From: Mytilus trossulus
Taxonomy: Eukaryota
DNA: 64,000 bases
Assembly (NCBI RefSeq): GCF_036588685.1
Contig: NC_086379.1
Span: forward strand, 75,950,001 to 76,014,000
Direction of reading: 5' to 3'
Position 1 is the stretch's first letter; every line of letters begins with the position of its first letter. Below are positions 1-12,242 of this stretch, piece after piece. Both the position numbers and the translations under genes were made by a program. Below the pieces are notes generated by a model. That model was not told where the DNA came from. It ran no database searches and saw nothing but the letters and a program-made list of their open reading frames with translations.

Positions 1-97
1 AAATAAGTCAAACAAAACTCCAAAATGATCTTAAGATAAGGTAAACAGTTAACACTGTCACATTCAAAATATCATGAATTTAGAGTAACAATTTAAA

Positions 98-560
98 AAC
101 AAGAATGTGTCCAAAGTACATGGATGCCCCACTCACATCATCTTCCATGTGCAATGGACCCTGAAATTTTGTAAAAAAAAAATCTCATTTGGCATTCAAA
201 TAAGAAAGATTATACCATAGGGTATGTGTGTACTAAGTTTCAAGTTGATTGGACTTAAACTTCATCAAAAACTACCTTGACCAAAAACTTTAACCTGAAA
301 CTTGCACTTTCATTTTTTTATGTTCAGTAGACCGTGAAATTGGGGTCGAAAGTCCAATTTGGCTTTAAAATTAGAAAGATCATATCATAAGCAACATGTG
401 TACTAAGTTTCAAGTTGATTGGACTTAAGCTTTATCAAAAACTACTTCGACCAAAAACTTTAACCTGAAACAGGACAGACGGACAAATGAATGAACGGAT
501 AGACGGACACACAAACCAAAAAAACATAATGCCCCTCTTTTATCATAGGAGGGGCATAAA
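98..560 (+). mobile_element. Helentron/HINE-like non-autonomous element (core repeats + GGAC microsatellite + 3' hairpin)
   Basis: Starts AACAAGAATGTGTCC, has two related internal units, a (GGAC/GAAC)n tract, and the terminal palindrome ATGCCCCTC...GAGGGGCAT before an A-run. Same family at 47435-48115; 3' fragment at about 2250-2360. Confidence 0.65.
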
Positions 561-760
561 TGGACATAAATAGGGGTAGATACTAACTTCTACTTCAGAT
601 TTCAGAAAATTGACAAATTGTCAGGACCTACCCTACCAGGTCTATAATAAATACAATCATCCGATATGAAAAGTTGAACTTTCTTGATGAAACTTGCTAT
701 TAAATGTTGACTCTAATTGTCTTTAATAACAAAATCCTCTCTTCAGTATTTAAATTTTAC

Positions 761-3700
761 CTCTTCTACCCTGACAAAGATTCTTTGAGATGGTGACATT
801 TTCTTGTGGTATTTCTTTGTCTCCTGGATCCACTTTATAACTTTGAGATTCTCCCTCTCACCAGTAAGAACAGATCCTGGGTAAATTTCCTGATCATATT
901 CAACATCATTCTTGTCTCCATCTTCAGGAACAATATCCAGATCATACAAGTCTTCATCTTCAGCAATACATTGTGCACCATCAGGAAAGACAACTCTTGA
1001 TCGCATTGAAGTTGTTTTCACTTTACCATACCAAGGGTCAAGGGACACATCATCATCTATATCAAACTCCTGTAACAAATCAAAAGTTGAAATATCAAAA
1101 ATCTTTTACATATATAAGTGTTGACTGTGAAATCCACCATTACATTTAAAGTTTTTTTCCCTTGTGCTTGTGAGCTAAAAAGCAAAGATGAGACTAATTT
1201 AAAGTTCTTATTCAACTTAGACCTTTCTTGCTAAACAAGGGTGCAAATACTGAAATGTCTTGCCTGAAGCAACATTTAAATTTTTGTTTACATGTGTGAG
1301 ACTGATAAAATAAGAATTATTGTTAAATTTATAAGCGACATGTACATTTCTAGAAATGCTTTATTAAGTACTAAATAACTTTGTGGTACCACCTCCTCAT
1401 ATATATAAATATATATTAATTTGTAGGATCCTTTACTAAAAGCAATTTAGCTGATCTGTTAAAATAACATCTCCATGCCTTATATACCATATACTGTAGT
1501 ACGACACTAGATTAAAACTGACGTGAAAAGGTAACGTCTGGCCACTGAAAGCTTCATTTTTACAAAGCCCAGGTGGTTGAGTGGTCTAGCAGGATACAGT
1601 GCAATTGATTTGGTGTCACGATATCTCAGTAGCATGAGTTCGAATCCCAGCGAGGGAAGAACAAAAAATTTACAGATCCATCATTGTTGGGTTGATGTTT
1701 AGACGAGTTGTATATATATATATATAATGTTTATGAAATTGGTATGATATATATGCTTGTATGTTTGTGTATAACCAATGTGTATTGTCTTGGTATCAAT
1801 CCTGTAATTTTGGATTTCAAACCAATAAAAATTACTTACTTACTTACTTGCCTGCTTTACAAATCATGGTTGAACTTATGTTTAAAGTCTTAAATAATTT
1901 ACTTAAACTATATATCACACAACTTAACATTTTCAATTATAAGTGACAATGAGATCAAGCACAATTACCCCCGAAAGAGAAACAAGTACATCTATTAACA
2001 GTCATTCCATACATCAAATACAGTATTAGATGTTACAATGTATTGCTATTAGGTTTATTTCTCAGATACTATTAGGCTAATAGTATCTGAGAAATAAACC
2101 TTAACATGGAAACTTAATGTTGAATAATGAACCATGAAAATAAAATCAATGTGCAGATCAACCTCGGAAGACCGACATGTACACCTTAAAACTATTCTGG
2201 TCAAGCAGATAACAAAATAAAATATTTTGAATGCTAATTCCTCCCATCAAAAGCTACCTTGACCAAAAACTTTAACCTGAAGTGGGAAAACAGACGAACA
2301 AATTGACCCACAGACCAGAAACATAATGCCCCTCTACAATCGTAGGTGGGGCATAAAAATTGAAAACTACTACCACCCCCTTTTTTTGCCAATAAGTCCA
2401 AACCTGACATTTCTTTATACATAATTTACAAGTAGTTTAAAGGAGGTAAATGCGAAACATACGAGATTACCCAACATTGTATGTTAAATATTTTTGATTT
2501 ACCTTCTTTACACTAGAACTGCTTTTAAAATGACTTAATTGCCTAAGGCCACACCAATTTGATTCCTTGTTTGACAGACCCACCCGCAACTATTTTTTCC
2601 AAAACAGATTTATTTTTATTTTTTCTATTTCGGCTTCCCTCATCCGGAAATGTAATCATGTCCATTTCCCGCACCGTTTTTATTGTAAATATTATAAAAC
2701 GATGTCAACATTTGTTTTTAAAATCACAGTCTGACCTTAAAAAATTGGTTTCTTTCCCCCCTACTTATATTCCCTATAAAAAATGTTTGTCGTTAGAATA
2801 AAGTACAAAGAACTTCTGAAGGATTTGCCTTCAACTGCAATTATATTGTATGCTGGCGAAACAAAACTATCCATAGCCGCTGCATGTTTATGCACCTGTC
2901 CTGATTGATTCAGGGGCCTGTTCAGCAGTTATCGTTTGTTGATGTTGTTCATTGGTATTTTCCCTTTCGAATATATAAATTAGATCATTGGTTTTCCTGT
3001 TGGAATTGTGTACGCTATTACTTTTGGGGTCCCTTTTAGCTTGCTGTTTGGTCTGTATCAAAGCCCTGTGTAAAAGGCCGTACTTTGGCCTGTGTTTGTT
3101 ATTATCAGGTTGAGAACAATCCTCCCTCAGATAAGGGGTCATTTTACTGATGTAGAAGAGAAAATAGAAATACCAACGATTTGTATAGTTCTTCTATACA
3201 AAACCTTCGAAAACTTAGAATTTTGTACTCAAAATGAGGAGAGTTACGTACGTCATATTTTGAATATTTTTTTGTTAAAGAGGGCTCACTTATTTTGAAT
3301 AATATTAAACTGTTAAAGTAAATGTGTTAACATGGTTAAAGTCCAGAAATATTACAAAAATTCTTGGACATGTTAAATTTGTATTGACCATTTAATACCT
3401 GATAGATATATAGTTCTTTGAGAAAATATAAACCCTTCTGTACAAACAAATATATTATAACTTTATTGATCCCTCATAAAACATGTAAAAAGGATATTTA
3501 TAACATTAACTGATTAAACTGATTATGACTTGGTTGGAGAATTGTCTCCTTGTCAGTCACACATACATACACCAGATTTAATTATTTCTTGGTGAACAGC
3601 GAAAAAATACTTCAGAAATTAAAGAAATGTCGAAGTATAAGTGATAAATCAAGTTTTGATATTGTCAAAACCTACTTTTTTCTGTATACAAAAAAATTAT

Positions 3701-5883
3701 AATCGCTCGCCTTTACTTTTCAGGCTTCGCTTCAAAAATTTTCAAATTAAATATTTTTTTATTAAAATTTTCAAATCGCCCGCACGCCCCAAATTTTGGA
3801 GTCCAAAAATCTGTAGAACAAGAAATTGAATTGGTGTGGCCAAGAAAAAAATAGTTTTCCCCCCAATTCCTAAACATTTTGAGACATAACCCCCCCCCCC
3901 CCCCAGTCAATACTAACCATCCCTTCATGGTATGGAAACTTGTGGTAAAATTTCAGAGAGATCCTTGTTATTGTTCAAAAACGACAAAAATGCTTATTTT
4001 GGGCCTCTTTTGTGGCCCCTAATTCCAAAACTATTGAGACCATACATTGTAACTCCATAAATCAATCCTAACCTTCCTTTAATGGTATTGAACCTTCTAG
4101 TAAAAAATTATTGAAATCCATTAATAAACTAGAGTTGTTGTCCGGAAACTAAATGTGTCTTTAGATGACAACAACAACATGATAGCATTATACATGTATG
4201 ACGCAAACAATTTTTTGCAGTCTTATAAAAACAAAACCCCCAATCTTTCCCCTTGATTTTGAATGGTTGCTTCCTAAAATATCTAAATTACAGTTATAAA
4301 GCATCTAGGTCTTCTAACTTATGAAATATAAATTGTTCAGTCCATTCCAATGTCATCTTTAATTTATTATATAGATCGCATTCTGTGACTTTTAACCCAG
4401 ATTAGACAATAAAACAAGATAATCATGTATGTTTTAACTTTTAACTCACACGTAAAGGATTCAGATCTGTTGCATCTACATCATAAATGTATTTGTTGGT
4501 GCCTTTAATATGAAGGTGACATTTGACAACTAAATTTTGTACATATCCTCTTTGGCTACTTTTACCACTGATCATTCGTCTTATAACATCTCCTGGCATC
4601 AAGGATCTGTCTACCAATGTAACCTATAAAATATACATGTATGTCATATATCATCCTGTAGATTCATAAGAAACTTCAGAGATCATGAAGTCAAATGTTT
4701 TCCTCAGTGTAAATAAATGAATAATACTAATGACTAATGTGTCACAAGAAATTGCTCGTCACATACAAAGCCATGCTTCAATATATATGTACATTGTACA
4801 ATGTACATTTAGCAAAGGCTTCTATAAATTTGCAAATGGTGCAACTAAAATTCAAGTTCTGGCATCTATAAAATGACTACATGTATGTGAAACAATTAAC
4901 AATAAATTATAATGTAATATTTTCTTCACCCTGGACAATCAAATTTGAAAATTCAATTGTCTGGAGTCGGGGTGTTATGTTTACTGGTCTGTGTGTCTAT
5001 TCGTCTGCTGCTCCGTAAGTAAGTTCATCCGTCTTCCCCCTTTAGATTAAAGATTTTAGTCAAGGTAGTTTTTGATGACGTTGAAGCTGATCAACTTTGA
5101 ACTTAGTACACATGTTCCTTCACCTTATGATATAATCTTGTTAATTTTAATGCCAAATTAGAGTTTTTACCATTGAGATTGATAAATTATCTGTGACTTC
5201 AGACAATTGAATTTTCGAATTAGAGTTTTGTCACTTAAGCAGAAAACTGGTCATCCCTAATTTTATAAAAGTGCACATATGTTGATGCATATAATGCTAG
5301 AGATTATAGCCAATATAACTAGAAAATGCCATTCTGCCCTTATTTAATTTAAATCCAGTGTAAACAAAAATACCCCTCTATAGTGGGATAATTTAATTTT
5401 ATCCCTCTAACGAAGGATTATTCCTCTATATAGGTATAATCACCATAAGAGTAAAGTAAATCGTGCTTGAAAGTTATATGACCGCGAGGCCAGTTAGTAC
5501 ATGTAAGTTACTCAAAGTCAAAAGGGAAACTATTCCCCAGTCAGAAGAAAAGAAACACCTACAGGTAACGGATAAATGTCCAATATTTATGACAATCTGT
5601 AAGCTAAATAGCAAAGGCTTCAAATATATATTTAATAAATTATGCATATTTTTTTGGCCTTGTGTTTTCGAACGTTCACCTTTTTCTCTTCTTCAACAGT
5701 TTCATTCCCATCTGGGTGCCAGATTATTCGAACTGTTCCACGACTTAACAATTCATCATCATCGTATTCTTCGTCACTGCTGACGTATTCTGAACTTTCA
5801 GTAACAATACCATAGATGATCTTGTCGTCACATCGCTTGCATACTTCATCTTCTTCAAACATGGCACAATCTGTCTGCGCCAT
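761..5883 (-). CDS. UBE2O: UBE2O-like (E3-independent) E2 ubiquitin-conjugating enzyme, first three coding exons (gene continues left of the window)
   Basis: Exons 5883-5680 (MAQTDCAMFEEDEV...YGIVTESSEYVSSDEEYDDDELLSRGTVRIIWHPDGNETVEEEKK), 4623-4450 (VTLVDRSLMPGDVIRRMISGKSSQRGYV...DLNPLR) and 1069-761 (EFDIDDDVSLDPWYGKVK...IYPGSVLTG...RVEEE). All have GT/AG ends, are phase 0 and stay open when spliced. The motifs 'V.I.WHP.G', 'LVDRSLMPGDVIR' and 'YPG.V' match the UBE2O N-terminus as I recall it. Confidence 0.88.
1400..1727 (+). mobile_element. Repeat with an internal tRNA-like (Pol III A/B box) segment, flanked by (TA)n
   Basis: A-box TGGTTGAGTGG (about 1574-1584) and B-box GTTCGAATCC (about 1638-1647). 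The 3' part GTTGGGTTGATGTTTAGACGAGTTG(TA)n recurs inverted at about 60407-60520. Confidence 0.55.
2547..3841. mobile_element. Non-autonomous TIR DNA element (Kolobok-like ends)
   Basis: TIRs GGCCACACCAATTTGATTCCTTGTT...AACAAGAAATTGAATTGGTGTGGCC. No coding capacity. Superfamily is a guess from the GG..CC ends. Confidence 0.6.
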
Positions 5884-6373
5884 CCTGCCTGCATGAAAAT
5901 GATTCAGATGAGAAAAGTGAAAGGCAAGAGCAGAGAATTGCGGGAAAGATCGTTCGGAACATTTCTTTTGTATTGTACTAAACAGACGCTCAACAAGTAT
6001 CACTATCAATATTTTTCCTCAACTGAATCAAGCAGTGGAATCAAGTCGACCTTGCACAATTTGTTTGGCTATTCTGTGGCTTGTGAAATAGGAAGTTGAA
6101 CGACTCGACATTTATTTAAACCACTAGGGCTATATGGAACCATTTTTTCTTAAATTTCGTAAATGTTCTTCTATATTTTATCAGGAACATATATATTAAC
6201 GTTAGATATACTGTTCCCAGATTTTATTATATATTTTTTTAAACTAATCAGTCATTGTTTTTTTTTATTGAAAAAACAGAAGTTTAAATGAGGGTGTAAA
6301 TATTAAAATAAATTGTAGATGATTTCAAATGAGACAACTCTCTGCAGTTTATAAGTCATCTATATAGTATAAT

Positions 6374-6519
6374 CATAGGCGGATCCAAAGGGGGGTCCGG
6401 GGGTTGGACCCCCTTTTTTGTCGATCAATGCATTTGAATGGGGGCATATAGTTGGACCCCCTCTTTTTTTCCTGGGTTGGGACCCCCCCTTTTTTTTTAA
6501 ATGGCTGGATCCGCCCCTG
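6374..6519. mobile_element. MITE with CA..TG ends and perfect 7-bp TSD (P/Galileo-like signature)
   Basis: CATAGGCGGATCC...GGATCCGCCCCTG flanked by GTATAAT at 6367-6373 and 6520-6526. A second, more degenerate copy lies at about 21883-22030. Confidence 0.75.
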
Positions 6520-7402
6520 GTATAATAGACCCAGGTATTACGTTATATTTCTTTATATATTTCTTATATATTCTATTTTCCAACTTGAATAAAACTAAGC
6601 TGGGTTCATTCCCCTAGCACCGGTGATTTAAAACTACAAACTAAAATTATCATTTCAATTATAAACGCGAGACCTATATGAATGAATGAATAAATAGTTT
6701 ATAACATTAAAGTGCAATCTGAATTGGCATTATATGGTATTTACATTTACATTTTCAGCAAGCCATATCGGCTTACGAAGGACTGTTGATTTAAAACAAA
6801 TTATACATAATGATATAAAATTGAGAATGGAAATAGGGAAAGTGTTAGAGAGAAAACAACCGGATCAAAGAGCAGACATCATATATCTACATTTTATTTG
6901 ATGAAAAATTAAGTTTTACAGTTTTTACGTCGAGTGGTTTCATAAAGTGAAAGTGTTTATATTACATCTTGTCTTATCTTCATAAAGTTTTCGAGGTGCT
7001 AGTTAACAGTTTCAATGCTTCATCGTTAAGTCAAATTTAATAGAACCGTTTAGTTCACGCATGAGTTCATTTCATCAACGCTCCCATAAGAGCAAGATGG
7101 AAAATGCACTCTTTGTATACTAGTTTGCATAAGCTTATGCAGTATATGCTGATTGTTGATTGTTGAAAGTCGTTTTTTTGGTCTTTGATGCAAAATTGAC
7201 ACAATTTCAATGAAAAAAAATCCGACCTCGTAAACTTGGAGCGCAAGTCAAAATATAGACAGGCCAATAAAATATGAGAGTACTAGCAGAGACGTATAAT
7301 GCATATTATATGTCTCTGCTACAACTGAGTAATAGTATCGTGGAGAATGTGTATGGAAAACATGTAGTCTGGTATATGAGTTGATTTTTAATACAATTAT
7401 CA

Positions 7403-8181
7403 AACTAGAGGCTCTAAAGAGCCTGTGTCGCTCACCTGGGTATATGTGAATTATTATTAAACAAAGGAAACAGACAGTTCACGGCAAAATTGTAATTGTG
7501 ATGTGTTTGTACATCTTGTTTTACTGAACATTCTTGCTGCTTACAATTATCTCCATCTATAATGAACTTGTCCGTGTAGTTTCAGTGTAAAATGTTAGTA
7601 AAAATTTACAAATTTTATGAAAATTGTTAAAAATTGATTATAAAGGACAATAACTTTTAAGGGGGTCAATTGACCATTGTTATTTTGACTTATTTTTGAG
7701 TCTTAAATTGCTTTACATTATTGCTGTTTACAGTTTATCTCTATCTATAATAATATTCAAGATAATAACCCAAAACAGCCAATTACCAATTTAGGGGCAG
7801 CAACCTGACAACGAGTTGTCCGATTCATCTGAAAAATTCAGGGCAGATAGATCTTGACCAGATAAACAATTTTACCCCAGTCAGATTTGCTCTAAATGCT
7901 TTGGTTTTTGAGTTATAAGCCAAAAACTGCATTTTACCCCTATGTTCTATTTTTAGCCATGGCGGTCATCTTGGTTGGTTGGCCGGGTAAAAAAACACAC
8001 TTGTTAAACTAGATATATCAATGATGGTTGTGGCCAAGTTTGGTTTAATTTGGCCCAGTAGTTTCAGAGGAGAAGATTTTTGTAAAAGTTAACGACGCCG
8101 GACGACGGACGACGACAGACGACTGACGCCAAGTGATGAGAAAAGCTCACTTGGCCTTTTAGGCCAGGTGAGCTAATAAAA
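7403..8181 (+). mobile_element. Composite Helentron/HINE-like repeat
   Basis: 5' hairpin AGAGGCTCTAAAGAGCCT, a (GAC)n microsatellite, and the 3' palindrome AGCTCACTTGGCC...GGCCAGGTGAGCT before an A-run. The 3' part recurs inverted at about 15242-15520. Confidence 0.55.
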
Positions 8182-8751
8182 AACGTTATAAAGTGTGAAA
8201 GATATATATATATTTTATTTGGCAATCGCCAATGGCAGTCAGCAGGGTTAAAGAACATCAGTTGTTCGACCTGTTAGTCAAATGCGTTTTGTTTAAATAT
8301 ACTTTTTCACTTTTTTGGTCTTTTGGAAAATTACGTTGCGTTTCCCGACTTAAATATGAAATTGCAAAATTCCTGGTAGATTCCTTCAGAAAATGCACTA
8401 TTTCAGAGTTACCTCCCCTAAAAATAATTTAAAAACGTTAAAAATCAAGCCAAAATAATCTACACTTGTAAAAAAATATTGATATTTTTTAGTTATAATC
8501 TTATAAATTTGTTCTTTTAAATGCATATTCACATTATTCATTATTTATCTGCATTCATGAATCAAATTTTGCCAACTTGATGGAAAATCTTTACCTTAGA
8601 TTCTCTGTTTTTTACTATCCAAGGTCAACTTGCCAAGGTGGAGAAAGATATCCATGCCACCTTAAATGAATGTTTTCATTCTAGTTGAGATTTTAGTCTA
8701 CCCTGTTTTTAACACACGCAATAAACATATGTTGTCCTTACATCAATGTAT

Positions 8752-8883
8752 CAAGGCAAGGACGTATATATATTAAAAGACCTTAAAATGTATTTATACG
8801 TCCTTGATCAAGAATAAGACTATATATACAGCCTGTAACACATCCTTGATTTTATCAAGGATTTGTATAGTTACAAATCCTTG
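8752..8883. mobile_element. Cluster of three CAAGGA..TCCTTG micro-foldback elements
   Basis: 8856-8883 (28 bp) has a perfect TSD ATTTTAT. 8757-8806 (50 bp) has TSD ATCAAGG/ATCAAGA. An older outer copy spans 8752-8848. Confidence 0.7.
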
Positions 8884-9083
8884 ATTTTATTAAATATTAT
8901 TTGTTTCAATATCGGATCATTTGTGATAGCAAGTCAAATGATTATGTACTTCGATTCCCTTAATTTAATGATGCGTTTATTTTAGAATAATCTATTCGAT
9001 CTACTTCTTCATACTTTATATTTGTGCTTAGATAGGTACATTGGCTGTTCAGTACAACATAATTGAGGATACTGTCAACAAAT

Positions 9084-9353
9084 ATGGCTACCAAATTTAG
9101 ACAGTTGGCTGGTTCTATGAAAAAAACGTTTACAGCTCGCAATGTAAACTCGCAAATTATTCCAAAAAGAACTATAATATACACCGAGACGGGAGGCATA
9201 TTAGCTGCTCCAAAGATACACCCATTTGGCTTTATTCCAGTGTTAATGACATTTTTTCCTTTCTTGTATGCTGGGGCCACAATAGGGAAAGAATTTGCTG
9301 CTTGGATGGAAGAAAATGAAATTTTCGTGCCAGATGATGATGATGATGACTAA
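9084..9353 (+). CDS. SMDT1: Essential MCU regulator EMRE (single-pass mitochondrial inner membrane protein with Asp-rich tail), 89 aa
   Basis: MATKFRQLAG...TIIYTETGGILAAPKIHPFGFIPVLMTFFPFLYAGATIGKEFAAWMEENEIFVPDDDDDD*. It has a basic targeting presequence, a transmembrane helix with PFLY.GxxxG, and the hallmark IFVP-D6 tail. An in-frame TAA lies upstream of the ATG. Acceptor at about 9031; 3'UTR intron 9366-12705. Confidence 0.95.
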   Translation: MATKFRQLAGSMKKTFTARNVNSQIIPKRTIIYTETGGILAAPKIHPFGFIPVLMTFFPFLYAGATIGKEFAAWMEENEIFVPDDDDDD

Positions 9354-9519
9354 AATTTCAGACAGGTATATGTTCAATATTGTAGATAGAGGCTCAAACA
9401 GGAACTTTGTGCCTCCCTAACCACAAATTATGACCGATCCATTTTGGCATTTATATCACCGCCACGAATGTAGGACAAAAAGTCACAATTCATTTTTTCT
9501 GACTATTTTCTTTGGATAA

Positions 9520-11408
9520 GGGAACAGTCATTATTTATCAGCTGAGGGGGTTGGTTCAAATTTTCACATCAAAAAGTTTTGTTGGCAACCCCCCCATATT
9601 TTTTATTAACCACATAATGACCCCCCCTTAAAATGGTGTTTCATAAGTATGACCCCCCCCTACTAAAAAAATCCCTATAAATTAACAGTGGACAAATAAC
9701 TATTAGAAGAATGTGGGCATTGACACTATCTGTTACCAAGTATGCATGGCAGAAAGAGATTTTCGCTGATTGCAGTCATTTTCTTTGATTTTGCACTGAT
9801 TTTTTTATATTGCATTCTACAATTATAAGTTCCTCTGGTATCTTTCGTCCCTCTTTTCTATTATTTAGTAAAGTAGCTTGAACTTATTGATTTGATAAAG
9901 ATAATTTAGTTTGACTGCATGTTAGCAGTCATTAATATCTGATATCTAGCTATTTTCAAATATTTTTATTGGAAAAGCAAAAAACTATAAGGTAATTTTA
10001 TATTCCGTTGATGTTCATCATGACTTCCATGTTCTTTGTTTTGAAGCTGATGGAACTGATTTTGGTTAATGTTTTTCAGTTTAATTCTACTTTGAAAAAA
10101 GCAGCCTGAATACATGAAATATCACATCAAATTTTTTCAGATTTTTTTCTGAAACACGAATTTCTGACACATGCAAGAAGAAAAAAGACAAAATAAACAA
10201 GCACAGTGGTCAGCACTTTTTGTGCTGACATGAATTGTTATTGATATGGTTATATTTATAAATTAACTGTTTACAAAATTTTGAATTTTTTGAAATACTA
10301 AGGCCTTTCTACCTCAGGTGTAGATTACCTTTGCTGTATTTTGCAAAACTTTTAGGAATTTTGGTTCTCAATGCTCTTCAACTTCGTACTTTATTTGGCC
10401 TTTTTACCTTTTTTTGTATTCGAGCGTCACTAATGAGTCTTTTGTAGACCAAACGTGCATCTGGCGTATATACTAAATTTAGTCCTGGTATCTATGATGA
10501 GTTTATTATTAAATGAAAAAATATAGATCGCAATTTAACTCGAATGATTGTGTAGAGAATGAAGAAAAATGTCTCAATACATTTAATGCCTTCATTAAAT
10601 TTTAAAGTTTTATGAATGTTTCGTGGATTTTAATTTTCTAATCATATAGTTCTAGGAAGTACATTTATGGTTCTGGTCCGTCCTACTTCAAATATGAACA
10701 TGCATTATTTTGGAGCAAACATTTATATATATATATCATGTATATATAGGTTTATAATTATAAGAACATTCAATTTCATTTCAATGTTGAAATGTTTTAC
10801 AAAATCCCTGAGTTTACTTTTTTTTTGTGAGTGAATGCCATGCTTCCCAACAAAATTAAAGCCCTTACTTGAATCATTTAATATTCTTTTTCTTAATCGA
10901 TAACTTTGTTATAATTTAATAAATTAATAATATCTATAAAATTCATTTTTAGAGTGTACACACCTTTAACAGTCCTACATCTATCCTAAGAAATATCATC
11001 AACATGATTTTAACACTTTAGAAAGTTGAAATAAACATGTTACACTGCATGTTCAGAAACTTTTCATGTTTTATACAGTTTTTAAGATAAGTCAGGTTGT
11101 AATTTTTCACATCCTATGGATAATGAACCATAACAAATGAGTGATTATTTACACTACAAATGAGAGATTGGGCATCCTGCTGGTGCTATCAGAGATTTTA
11201 AAATGACAGAAATTATCAAAAAGATTACACATTAACTTACAATATCGTCAACAATTTATATACTTGACCGACATAAAAACTTTCATTGTGTGACCCCCCC
11301 AGTAAAATAAAAATTTTGATGGCAACCCCCCCAGCTGTGGGATATTTTTGGTAATGACCCCCCCTAAAATGCACCGACCCCCTCAGCTGATAAATAATGA
11401 CTGTTCCC
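9520..11408. mobile_element. 1.9-kb non-autonomous TIR element (Kolobok-like) in the EMRE 3'UTR intron
   Basis: Perfect TIR of about 32 bp GGGAACAGTCATTATTTATCAGCTGAGGGGGT, ATAA/TAAA flanks, and subterminal (GA)CCCCCC motifs. Confidence 0.75.
10425..10466 (+). ncRNA. Degenerate type I hammerhead ribozyme within a retrozyme/Penelope-type repeat (about 10205-10507)
   Basis: CGUCA-CUAAUGA-GUCU-UUUGU-AGAC-CAAA-CGUGCA-UC-UGGCG. Same scaffold as 34276-34317, but the core has CUGAUGA>CUAAUGA and GAAA>CAAA. Confidence 0.7.
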
Positions 11409-12179
11409 TAAAAAACGCTTATTTCTACAAAAATATTTTTGTATTCCTTTTGAACTTTTGTATAAAAATCAAACCATGTAAACAATTGTCAACATATTAT
11501 TTAAAAAAAAATCTGTGATGCCTTACTACAAAGGTCTTTAAGAGTTTTCAAGACTTGAAAGTCATGCGTTCTTAATAAGGCTGTTACTTGGTATTTTGTT
11601 TTTTTGTGCGATTTACATTGACCATTTACATGTACCTTTACCCAATTCTGAACTTAACAATCTGTCCGAGGTTGTGGACAGTAGCGAACATAAAGCCAAA
11701 GTTGTCATAAATTACTTCCTGTGACTTTGAATAGACAACCAATGGGAAAAGTGCAGCCACACATATTTGAAACATCTTTTAACCCATGGATTTCTTGTTT
11801 AGGAAATAGAAAAGAAATAGGTGGATTCCAGTTTTCAATTAGAATGCTATGTATTTGAGCACAAGGTACAGATGTTGAAATTTAGTTTGCAATATCCTTA
11901 GATTCAGCAGGTGTCCCAATGGTCCCCGCAGTTGCAGAGTTTATATATAAAAAAAAAAAAAAATCTCCTGGATATAAGATAGCTAGATGAGAAAGTATTT
12001 TTCTTCAAATCATCCATTAACAGAAAAAGTTGTTTAAATTTTATAAAACAAACAAAGTGAATGTAATGAAATATAGGGATATCAGCCTTGGATTGTCTTA
12101 ATTAAAACCTTTGATCCTTAAATTATTTCCCCCAGGCCAATGAAATTATGACATGTGTATTTGAAGGAGTGCAGGGATG

Positions 12180-12242
12180 TCAAACAAATGAAAGTTTTTA
12201 ACGACCTTGACTGGCTATACAGTCCTTTCACGGTCGGTACAA
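12180..12242 (-). mobile_element. Very short 3' tail of a non-LTR retroelement
   Basis: Reverse complement (..CTGTATAGCCAGTCAAGGTCGTTAAAAACTTTCATTTGTTTG) matches 22703-22749, which carries TSD TAGATCAATA. Confidence 0.6.

Noticed and set aside
1567-1656. tRNA gene
   Set aside because: A and B boxes are present, but I cannot fold a proper acceptor and anticodon arm. It is part of a dispersed repeat.
5463-5783. 106-aa plus-strand ORF (also 806-1124 and 24541-24789)
   Set aside because: Antisense shadows of UBE2O or TEX14-like exons; no recognisable protein features.
8960-9280. 106-aa minus-strand ORF
   Set aside because: Antisense shadow of the EMRE coding exon.
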